From a virus: a stretch of 64,000 bases of DNA. Location: IMG/VR virus record IMGVR_UViG_3300018080_000117, positions 32,001 to 96,000 of that record; one strand, written 5' to 3'. Shown here one piece after another: positions 36,446 to 44,851 of this stretch. The notes under the pieces were generated by a model. It saw only the letters and a list, made by a program, of their open reading frames with translations, ran no database searches and was not told where the DNA came from. Position numbers and translations under genes: made by a program. Position 1 is the first letter of the stretch. Each line of letters opens with the position of its first letter.

Positions 36446-37452
36446 TACTTTTCCTCCAACACGGTGTCGATGGCTTTTTGCCACAAAGCGTAGTTCTTAT
36501 TTAGGTCGTATTTTTCTTCGACTAACTTAGTTGCATTTTTGAGAACTTCTTTTCTCTCTTGTTCGTTGTTCAGCACGTACCGAACCAGCTCGTACCAATC
36601 CTTGCGTTGCTTAGCAAGGTATCCGTCAACACCGTGGGTGATTGTTTGTTGGTAAGGTCCAAAGTCACTGGCAATCGTTACGATGCCCTGTGCTGTGTAT
36701 TCTAGAAATTTCAAGTTCGACTTAGACAGATTGAATTTACAAGGCACCAACGGAGCTAAACCCACCGTTGCGTCTGTTTGGCTAAGTACGACGTGGAAGC
36801 CTTTGAACTCCACAGGCGGTACCTGGTAGATCCCTTTCATTGGTGCGTAGAAGACCTTCGGAAAACAATCCCCGTCTTTTTTCAGTTGCTGCATAGCAGG
36901 CTCGATAAGCGCTAGGTCTTTTTTGTGCGTGTGCGATCCTTGCCAAAGCACAACGGGTTTGACCGAGTTGTCAGGCTTAGGTGTGAACAACTCAAACGGT
37001 ACCGAGTTAGGAAGCACAAAGACGTTGTCGTTGTACTGCCGATAAACCTCTGCTAAGTCCTCGGTGGTAACAAACACCGCGTCAACTAAGTTACAGAAGC
37101 GTTTGACGTAGTCTTGCACCTGAGGATTTCCCAGTTCTTTTTTTGCAGGGTTCCAATCAGGGATCGAGAACAGATCATCGTCTATCTCGTACACCAATTT
37201 TGTTCTGGCTTTCCCAGGCCTGTTCTTAGTTTTTATCCTTTGTGCAGTCTCGTAGACCTTAGGCATGTACTGACGTTGGAAGATTGCTAGATCAAACCCT
37301 CCAACTTGTCGTTCGTCCATAACCCCTGTAACCGAGATCATGTACTCCTTCGAGTGTTTTGCTAATGTTGAAAAGGGAAGGTGAATTCTGTAGAACCAAC
37401 AAGCTCCAGAGTCACCTCGATAAGCGATTATTTCTGTAGGTTGTTTTTCCAT
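36445..37452 (-). CDS. GT-B glycosyltransferase (phage GT4-like)
   Basis: SGACWFYRIHLP, FQRQ, YEIDDDLF, WQGSHTH, GLAPL..FNLSKSNLKFLEY. Confidence 0.85.
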   Translation of the reverse strand: MEKQPTEIIAYRGDSGACWFYRIHLPFSTLAKHSKEYMISVTGVMDERQVGGFDLAIFQRQYMPKVYETAQRIKTKNRPGKARTKLVYEIDDDLFSIPDWNPAKKELGNPQVQDYVKRFCNLVDAVFVTTEDLAEVYRQYNDNVFVLPNSVPFELFTPKPDNSVKPVVLWQGSHTHKKDLALIEPAMQQLKKDGDCFPKVFYAPMKGIYQVPPVEFKGFHVVLSQTDATVGLAPLVPCKFNLSKSNLKFLEYTAQGIVTIASDFGPYQQTITHGVDGYLAKQRKDWYELVRYVLNNEQERKEVLKNATKLVEEKYDLNKNYALWQKAIDTVLEEK

Positions 37453-38830
37453 ACATCTTTCATACCCTGAAAAGAATAAATCAAAAAGAGGGTTCTTATG
37501 ATCTTCCTAAGGTCCGTAGGGTACCGAGACCGCGATAGCGGTGGAGGGACTAAAGACGGACCTTAGGGCGTCCGTACCCGTACGGTGGTTGGGTGATACA
37601 AGCTCCCGCTAAGGGAGCGAAGGATCTGCCCAAACAGCGTACGGCTTACTTTACCTAAAAAGTAAAATAATTTTTGTATATATTAGGTTTTTTAGTTTAC
37701 TCGAAATGTACCAGGCGGCCCACCGTAACCGCTGCCTTAGGCAGCCTGCCGTGGTTTGCCGCATGAAAGTTTTTTTAGTTTCCGAAAACTAAAAAATGGT
37801 CTACTCGCTAGACGGATCTATCAGCAAAACATGAAACATGTAATGTACAATCCGCCATGTGCGGCGTTCGGTAAATTACATGTAGTATGCAACAAGTAAT
37901 ACTCGTTAGCGTCGCAAGGTGTTGCGCCGCATGTCACTTCGCATTACTTGTTGGTATGGGAGGCAATGTATTCGCCTTCGGCTCATAAGCAACATTGCCT
38001 CACCATATTCGCCTTCGGCTCATGTTCGTTGTTCGTCGTTGTTTGTCGACGTAGGCCGCTGGGGCGGCAGGGAACCCGCGCGAGGCTACCCAGAAATCCG
38101 ATTTTTTGTCAAGGAGCATTTCGGTTTAATTTTTTTGTTTTGTTTTCGATGATTTCAATAGTGTACGATCTACAATTATAAAGTGATCTTTTCCAGTTTC
38201 TTGCTTTTTTGTGGAATTGGTACGTTCCTAGTAGTAAAATATGCCCGTTTACTGGACTCGAGTGTCAGGTTATTTTTTTCTACATGTTTGAAATCGTTCG
38301 ATTCACGAAAAGTTTGCGAGGTGAAGCGTTTTTACAAATTTTACTTTACCTTTTTCTACATGCCTGTAAATAAACAAGAAAAAAAAAGTCGAAACTACTA
38401 TACACTTTTCTGAAAACCAGGTAGCGCATTTTCTAAGTTTTATAAACTTATTGTTTATATACAATCGGTTATAGAAAAAAACCTTAGTTTTAGTCAAATT
38501 ATTACTTTTCTGAAACTAAGAAAGTCCCCTGCAAAATTTGTGCATTTTTTTCCGCGCGGTTTCTGTGGCTACGAGAAGGCCTTTTTTTGTTTTGGGTGAA
38601 GCCATATGGCGACAGGTGATTTGATAGAAGACCGAAACCAAACAACAATTTTTTATACAATAGATATTTTACAAAAGTTATTTTTTGGAAAAAATAGGTC
38701 GGGATGCATATTTTCGAGTTACTTGCAACAAAAAAAACGATCAAAAGGCAAAAAAGTTGATGGGCTTGGAGGGGGTCGAAAACCCTCTCTTTGGACCCCC
38801 AACAAAGGCTGTTTTTAGCCTGGTACGATG
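37453..38830. other. long non-coding region: hairpin-dense half then AT-rich half (candidate origin and/or structured RNA)
   Basis: No credible ORF; more than ten inverted repeats in 37505-38095; A/T tracts in 38100-38760. Confidence 0.6.
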
Positions 38831-38855
38831 CCTCTAAGTTTGGTACTTATAAGAA

Positions 38856-39275
38856 ATGAAACCCATATACCTGTTTGTCAAAAGCGGTCGAAAAGTAGGC
38901 AAGCTAGTTGTAACACCGACCCACCTTGTTGTTATGGTAACCGACCACAAGTTCTTTGTTCCCCCTCTACAGACAGAGCACAGGTTCGAGTTCACTAGAA
39001 GGACACGCTTACGCAGCAGCCTTCTAAAACACGCAGGCAAAGCCTTGTTCAAGCCAAGTACCGGAACCTTTCTTGCTGAGATCAAGTTACCGAACAAACC
39101 TAAGTTTAGGGTTGCGTCTAAGCGTCGCTTGCCTGACTGGATTTGGAAGAGGGGTTTGCCAGAACCTAAAAAAAGGAAGCGTAAGTACAAACCGAAGTAC
39201 TACTCACTAGGCAGGACGAGAAACCAATCCAAGAACTGTGGGCGTAGGCAGTGTGCGGTTCTCAACAGTTACTAA
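38856..39275 (+). CDS. basic hypothetical protein
   Basis: 139 aa Lys/Arg-rich ORF. Confidence 0.55.
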   Translation: MKPIYLFVKSGRKVGKLVVTPTHLVVMVTDHKFFVPPLQTEHRFEFTRRTRLRSSLLKHAGKALFKPSTGTFLAEIKLPNKPKFRVASKRRLPDWIWKRGLPEPKKRKRKYKPKYYSLGRTRNQSKNCGRRQCAVLNSY

Positions 39276-39571
39276 TCTCTAATACCTTTTATCCTTGCCT
39301 GTACGCGCTTTAGCCAAGCTTGTCCAGACCCCGAACCCAACCACTGCACGAAAGAGCACACGGCGACCCTGCGAGGGTCTGAGGCAGGTACAAGCTCAAC
39401 CTTGGTGTTTGGCCCAGCGCATAACTGATCAATTAGGTCTGGTGTCTGGGGAAGGTTGAGCATTTGAAATTCGTGGGCAAAAACCCATTCCACTCTATTC
39501 TCGGGTTGCTCCAACCTTTCAGAGTAAGTGCCTACGTACTTTTGAATAAGCTTAGGTCGGCGTCGGTCCAT
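39272..39571 (-). CDS. hypothetical protein
   Basis: 99 aa; SFVQWLGS..G motif. Confidence 0.6.
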   Translation of the reverse strand: MDRRRPKLIQKYVGTYSERLEQPENRVEWVFAHEFQMLNLPQTPDLIDQLCAGPNTKVELVPASDPRRVAVCSFVQWLGSGSGQAWLKRVQARIKGIRD

Positions 39572-39584
39572 TCCCCGTCCCCTG

Positions 39585-40406
39585 CTAGTGCATTTGGTAC
39601 TTGCCTGCAGATTTCGTTATTTCCCATTCCTTCCTTAGCTTAACCAAAGCTTGAGCCAAACTTTGGTCCACCTTATCAGGATCTCTATCGGGAAAGGCCT
39701 TGATAATCTTTTTGACCAGGTAATCCTTCGATCTTGCAACCCCGGATAAAAGAGCCTTCTCGACAACAGTCTGGACGGTTTTTCTATTTTTAGGTGTCTT
39801 AGCGACCTTTTTTCTCGTTACGTGTCGCTTAGTTTTCTTAGTTGTTTTGGCTTTCTTTTTGGGCTTAGCCACAAGCTTGATGGTTTCTTTCGGTTCTTCC
39901 TTACCCACGTGTTCGTTGTTGAGTTCCTTGCAAACGAACTCAAACAAATTGTTGTTGTGTTTTTTTATCTTCTCTTCGTAGCTCAACACCTCCTTTTCCT
40001 TTTCAGTCAAGGGTAGCTTTGCTTTCTTCTTCTTTTTTGCCATCTCAAGCCTAATCTGCAGTCGATTGGCCATCGAATACCGCGTCGAATAATGCGTCGA
40101 GCAGTACCCCTTACTGATTGATTTTTTGTCGCACTCATTAGCGACACATTGCTTCGGATAGGTAGCTTTTAGTGGAACCACAAAATAACTGTCCCGGTCA
40201 TCTTTGATCTTTAGCGCTTCTTTGATCAACTCCCAAGCTTTCTCGCTAGGAACCGATCTTCTGCTTTCCCAAGAATACAGGGACATCTTGGTATACCCAA
40301 TCTCCTGGGCCAGAGCGGCTACGCTAAAGCCTACGCTCTGCCTGGTTTTCTTCAAGCTTTTCAGTCTTTTCTTCTTCTGTGGAAAACTCTGTGGACTAGT
40401 TGTCAT
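39585..40406 (-). CDS. XRE-family HTH protein with Zn-finger and Lys-rich region
   Basis: LKKTRQSVGFSVAALAQEIGYTKMSLYSWESRRSVPS; CVANEC...GYCSTHY. Confidence 0.8.
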   Translation of the reverse strand: MTTSPQSFPQKKKRLKSLKKTRQSVGFSVAALAQEIGYTKMSLYSWESRRSVPSEKAWELIKEALKIKDDRDSYFVVPLKATYPKQCVANECDKKSISKGYCSTHYSTRYSMANRLQIRLEMAKKKKKAKLPLTEKEKEVLSYEEKIKKHNNNLFEFVCKELNNEHVGKEEPKETIKLVAKPKKKAKTTKKTKRHVTRKKVAKTPKNRKTVQTVVEKALLSGVARSKDYLVKKIIKAFPDRDPDKVDQSLAQALVKLRKEWEITKSAGKYQMH

Positions 40407-40553
40407 TTACTTACCTCCAACTAAGTTGTTGTGATCCGATCCATACCTTGTTTTTTGCAAACAATCCTTGACTACTACCAATTCTCCATGCTAGTCTCTT
40501 TCCCACTTTTGGGCAAGGTTTGTTTACAAAAAATTCATTTTCTAGGGGGCAGC

Positions 40554-41315
40554 ATGCTTAGCATCAAAGAGCAGCAAAAGCTGGTGGAGGAGTGCTCGTA
40601 CCTCGCAACAACCATCGCGGCAAAGTATTTCAAACGTAAAAAGGGGAATAAGCAAGAGGATTTTCTAGACCTTCAGCAGGAGGGGTTTGTGGGATTGTGC
40701 CACGCTGCAAAGCTCTACAATCCGAAGAACAAGGCTGGAGCTAAGTTTTCGACCTACGCGCAATACTGGGTCCACAAGTACGTCAGAAAGATGGCCATGA
40801 AGTCGATGAGCCCTTTGAAAATTTCCGAAGAGGCAATGCACAAGAGAAAGCGACTAAACGAGATCGCAGACCGTACTTACACAAAAAGCGGTGTCTACCT
40901 CGATTCAGAAATGCCTGAAATGAATGATAACTTATTGAAGCCCATTAGTTTGGATTTTCAGTACGAAAAATCTAAAGCTTCTTACGTCGTCAACGATTGT
41001 ATCGAGCCCAGCCAAAGCAACTCCTTAACAAGTTACTTCAATTGCTTTGGCGAAAGTGGGTTGATTAATCGTGTCGAGTACACGAAGATAAGAGAAGTAA
41101 TGCCTCAGCTCAACCCCAAAGAGCACCGGGTTCTAAACCATTACCTCAACGGTGTTGAAAAAACCGAGATTGCACGACGGTGCAAGGTTACCAAACAACG
41201 GGTATACTTCTTGTACAACTCCGCTGTGGAGCATTTGCAGGCAATAATAGGTAGCCAACAAAATGGATCTCAAATCGGCAATTCGCGCAAACAAACAGCT
41301 AACCAAACGATTTGA
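40554..41315 (+). CDS. sigma-70 family RNA polymerase sigma factor
   Basis: Region 2 DLQQEGFVGLCHAAKLYNP...KFSTYAQYWV; region 4 LNPKEHRVL...EIARRCKVTKQRV. Confidence 0.9.
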   Translation: MLSIKEQQKLVEECSYLATTIAAKYFKRKKGNKQEDFLDLQQEGFVGLCHAAKLYNPKNKAGAKFSTYAQYWVHKYVRKMAMKSMSPLKISEEAMHKRKRLNEIADRTYTKSGVYLDSEMPEMNDNLLKPISLDFQYEKSKASYVVNDCIEPSQSNSLTSYFNCFGESGLINRVEYTKIREVMPQLNPKEHRVLNHYLNGVEKTEIARRCKVTKQRVYFLYNSAVEHLQAIIGSQQNGSQIGNSRKQTANQTI

Positions 41316-42015
41316 ACGCTACCTAAAGGCCCACCCCGACGTACTAAAAAAAGTAAGCAAAAGGGTATCTACTCGCATCCGCAGACAAGCCTGCTTAGGA
41401 TACGCCCCCAAAAGCTACGACCTACAAGACTGGGCAAAACAAAGAAACATCCAACAAAGTACCTTAGCTGCGTTGGGGCTGGTTACGGAAAACGGAAACT
41501 CATTTTTCAGAAATCGAATTATCATCCCGATCTTTTATGCGGGTTGGGTAATTGGGTTTGGAGGTAGGGCAGTAGACGAATCGGACATAAAATACATCAA
41601 TTCCAAAAAGTCTGATCTGTTTGACAAAAAATCCGTACTATTCAACTTACAAAATGCACGAGAATCAATTATTAGAACAAAAGCTGCAGTAATTGTAGAA
41701 GGGTATTTTGACTGCTTGAAGATGCATGAGATTGGTATCACTAATTGTGTTGCCACGTGCGGAACTTCCTTCACGGCTGAACATGCTTCGATGCTTCAAA
41801 GGTATACCAACAAGGTCCTTATTGCGACGGACGGAGACGGTGCGGGAAGAAAGGCTGCCAAAAAGATTGCTCGGTCGCTTGCTAATCTTGGAATACCTTC
41901 CGCCAAACTCCGTTTACCTGGGTTAGATCCCGAAGAATTTGTCAACGAGTACGGTCCTACAAAGATGCGCAAGTTAATAAAAGCTACTTGGAGACGAGAT
42001 GGAAATTACCGCTGA
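41263..42015 (+). CDS. dnaG: DnaG primase catalytic core (TOPRIM) without Zn finger
   Basis: LGYAP, FRNRIIIPI, IGFGGR, KYINS, IVEGYFD, ATCGT, DGDGAG, DPEE. Confidence 0.9.
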   Translation: MDLKSAIRANKQLTKRFERYLKAHPDVLKKVSKRVSTRIRRQACLGYAPKSYDLQDWAKQRNIQQSTLAALGLVTENGNSFFRNRIIIPIFYAGWVIGFGGRAVDESDIKYINSKKSDLFDKKSVLFNLQNARESIIRTKAAVIVEGYFDCLKMHEIGITNCVATCGTSFTAEHASMLQRYTNKVLIATDGDGAGRKAAKKIARSLANLGIPSAKLRLPGLDPEEFVNEYGPTKMRKLIKATWRRDGNYR

Positions 42016-42448
42016 AGCACGTAAGGAGTTTGCACGAGCCCAACTAAGATTTCTAAGACAAAAAGGTGTCACTGATCAAGAACGGTTGAGTCGTATTTTC
42101 AAAGCAGCCGGACCAGGACAAATTAGAGAAGCGTGGAAATTGGCAAACTCCGAAACCTCTCAAGAGCGTATCGACCTTTTAGACGTAGTGTTGACGGGCG
42201 TTTGCGGATCTCAAAATTTTGGACGATCGAGAATGGAATCTGTTTTGAAAGAATGCGGTATATACGTTCCAGAAGCACCAAACACGAACTGCTTTTTTCG
42301 TGTTCTCGATGGAGCACTTGAAATTTTAGTTCCTGGTTCGTACGAGTTTGAAGAAAAAGATTTGGAACAGATTAGAGGTGGAGGCCAACAAAGCAATGAT
42401 GACATCGAAGCAACGCAAGCTGAAGAAAGCGAAGAAGATGATTATTGA
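41999..42448 (+). CDS. hypothetical protein
   Basis: 149 aa, overlaps the primase stop. Confidence 0.6.
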   Translation: MEITAEARKEFARAQLRFLRQKGVTDQERLSRIFKAAGPGQIREAWKLANSETSQERIDLLDVVLTGVCGSQNFGRSRMESVLKECGIYVPEAPNTNCFFRVLDGALEILVPGSYEFEEKDLEQIRGGGQQSNDDIEATQAEESEEDDY

Positions 42449-42559
42449 GGAACTAAACCGAAGTTACCACAAATGGGCTTGCGAAAAAGACGATAAAGAA
42501 ACAACTGTAACTTTGTCACGCCGAACCCACACAACCGTGGTCCAGTACCTAGACGCACT

Positions 42560-44139
42560 AATCTAGTCTCACCGAATGCTAAGCTGTGCTTTCGATGAAG
42601 ACTAAGACCAAAAGCTTCGTTTGCGAGTTGCCTCTGGACCCCACAAGAGAGGATGAACGCAGACTGTTTGTTTGCTTCGAGGTCGCACGGCAAATCTACA
42701 ACGCGTGTTTGGGTGAAGGACTGAGACGACTCCGGCTAATGCGTGAAAGCCGTGACTGGCAGCGGGCTCGGGCTCTGCCAAAAGGTCATGAAAGAAGCAC
42801 ATTGTTTCGATCTTGTACGATCCGCTTTGGATTCCGAGAGTATGATCTGCACGCATACGCCAAGCAGTTCAATCGTGGCTGGCTCGGCCAGCATATCGAC
42901 ATCAACACAATCCAGAAGCTGGCAACCAGGGCGTATTGTTCTCTCAAGGAACACATGTTTGGCAAGCGAGGTCGACCTCGCTTCAAAGGCTATCGGGGCC
43001 TGCAGTCTGTGGAGGGCAAGACCAACGCGTCGGGAATTCGTTGGCGAGATGGTGTGGTTCATTGGAAAGGCTTGTCATTGCAAGCGTTGCTGGACCCGCA
43101 GGACAAAGCTGGTTGGCAGGCAGAAGCTCTGAGCCGCAGAACTAAGTACTGCCGCATTGTGCGGCGCCAGGTCCGAGGAAAGACCCGCTGGTACGTTCAA
43201 CTGGTGCAAGTTGGACTGCCGCCCCCTAAGCAACACGAGCGCACCAAGGCAGTCGTTGGTTTGGATGTCGGACCTAGCACCATCGCTGTGGTGGGCGAGC
43301 AAAGAGCCGTTCTGGAGCGTTTCTGTCCGTCGGTCGAGCAGCCCTGGCGCCAAACGCGTCGGATTCAAAGAGCCATGGACCGCTCGCGGCGGTCCACCAA
43401 CCCGGACAACTACAACCCAGACGGCACCGTCAAACCCGGCCGCAAAAGATGGAATCGTTCCGAGCGGTACAAGAGGCTCGCAGCCCAGCGGGCAGAGAAC
43501 GAACGCCGATTGGCCGCAGAGCGCAAGCGAGCCCATGGGGAACTTTCCAACCGCATTCTGGCGCTGGGCACGACGGTCAGAACTGAGAAGTTGAGCTACC
43601 GATCCTTCCAGAAGAACTTCGGCAGAAGCGTCAAGGTCCGTGGCCCTGGGATGCTTATCGACATGCTGCGCCGCAAGGCTGAGAGTGCTGGCGGCCAGCT
43701 CGAGGAGTTCCCAACGCAACCGACGAAGCTGTCTCAAGTTTGCCATGGGTGTGGCCAGACCAAGAAGAAGCCCTTGTCGCTTCGGACCCACGAATGCGAA
43801 TGCGGAGTGGGTCCGGTGCAGAGGGACTTGTACAGTGCGTTCCTGGCTTGCTTTGTAAGCCAGGCCAAGCTCAACGCCCGGCAGGCCCAAGAGGCCTACC
43901 CGGCTGCGGAACCGCTGCTGCGACGGGCGGCGTTGAGCTTCAATCAATCTGCGAGCAGAAGGGCTTCGGCTGCTTCTCGCGTCAACACAGACGTTAGAGC
44001 GGATCGTCCGTCGAAGGGGGTCAGGAAGGCATCGAGGCCGCAGACGTCGTACCGGCGTGGTTCCCATGTCCGGGAGGGCTGCGGAGAGATGCGTTCTGTT
44101 TCCTCCAGAACCCCCGGGCTTTAGCCCTGGGGAGGTTCA
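42560..44139 (+). mobile_element. IS1341-like tnpB-only element
   Basis: More GC-rich than its flanks; right-end hairpin CCCCGGGC-TTTA-GCCCTGGGG followed by AGGTTCA. The left boundary is approximate. Confidence 0.75.
42586..44124 (+). CDS. tnpB: RNA-guided endonuclease TnpB (solo, no tnpA)
   Basis: GRPRFK, RuvC motifs GLDVG / RTEKL / QRDLYSA, Zn ribbon CHGCG...CECG. Confidence 0.93.
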   Translation: MLSMKTKTKSFVCELPLDPTREDERRLFVCFEVARQIYNACLGEGLRRLRLMRESRDWQRARALPKGHERSTLFRSCTIRFGFREYDLHAYAKQFNRGWLGQHIDINTIQKLATRAYCSLKEHMFGKRGRPRFKGYRGLQSVEGKTNASGIRWRDGVVHWKGLSLQALLDPQDKAGWQAEALSRRTKYCRIVRRQVRGKTRWYVQLVQVGLPPPKQHERTKAVVGLDVGPSTIAVVGEQRAVLERFCPSVEQPWRQTRRIQRAMDRSRRSTNPDNYNPDGTVKPGRKRWNRSERYKRLAAQRAENERRLAAERKRAHGELSNRILALGTTVRTEKLSYRSFQKNFGRSVKVRGPGMLIDMLRRKAESAGGQLEEFPTQPTKLSQVCHGCGQTKKKPLSLRTHECECGVGPVQRDLYSAFLACFVSQAKLNARQAQEAYPAAEPLLRRAALSFNQSASRRASAASRVNTDVRADRPSKGVRKASRPQTSYRRGSHVREGCGEMRSVSSRTPGL

Positions 44140-44259
44140 GTCCAGGGTCTCATGAGGGTAGGCCCTTAAGCCTTCGGGCAACCCTCCCTTCTTCCTTTCT
44201 CGCTTCCTAAAAGCTAAGCAAATAGCCAAGGCATAATCAACCAATCAAAGGAGATCATT

Positions 44260-44841
44260 ATGCGCTTGCTGCTTCGTTTTCTAAGTTGGTTGTCTTACGG
44301 CACAGGCCTTTGGCACTGGTGGAGTCGTTTCTATCGCAGACATTTAGAAGGCAATGGAAAAAAATCGGTCACCTTGCCAGTCGCAGACACTTGGGAGAAC
44401 CTTGAACAAATAATCGGTAAATTAGAATGGACACCTGATAAGTTTTGGCCGCACTTGTTTGACGTCTGCCAATCTGCTGAAGCGACTTGGTACAAGCATT
44501 TGCAAGGCCGCCCCGCAGGTGACTGTGATGATCATGCATTTTTAGCCGCGTCGATTATCGAAAATAGCTTTAACCTTTCTACGAAAGCAACCTTTGTGGG
44601 GCTTCTTACCGTGCTTTATGGAATAAAAGGTCATACTGTTTGTGTGTTTAAGTACATAGACAACAATGCTACGAGGTACGCACACCTTAGCAACTGGTAC
44701 AACGGAAAGATACAAAAAGGATTCAACTGCTTAGAAAACGTAGTTACTGAAATATTGGATTGCAAAAACGAACAACTTGTTCGTTGGTCATTGACCCGAA
44801 TAGAGCCTTTTACGCTAATCGAAAGCAAAACTAAGGTTTAG
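44260..44841 (+). CDS. transglutaminase-like cysteine peptidase
   Basis: GDCDDHA nucleophile motif, GHTVCV His motif. Confidence 0.6.
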   Translation: MRLLLRFLSWLSYGTGLWHWWSRFYRRHLEGNGKKSVTLPVADTWENLEQIIGKLEWTPDKFWPHLFDVCQSAEATWYKHLQGRPAGDCDDHAFLAASIIENSFNLSTKATFVGLLTVLYGIKGHTVCVFKYIDNNATRYAHLSNWYNGKIQKGFNCLENVVTEILDCKNEQLVRWSLTRIEPFTLIESKTKV

Positions 44842-44851
44842 TGAGGAATAC

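Noticed and set aside
17967-37452. Bacterial O-antigen/capsule locus or serotype-conversion cassette
   Set aside because: Interleaved with phage hypotheticals and DNA methylases, contiguous with terL, and lacking flippase, polymerase, GtrAB or export genes.
43075-44067. 330-aa minus-strand ORF
   Set aside because: Antisense shadow of the GC-rich tnpB, with no recognisable motifs.
40554-44124. RNA-guided transcription system (nuclease-dead TnpB/Cas12f plus sigma factor)
   Set aside because: The TnpB keeps all three RuvC acidic residues and a transposon right end, and the sigma gene is coupled to primase with other genes in between.
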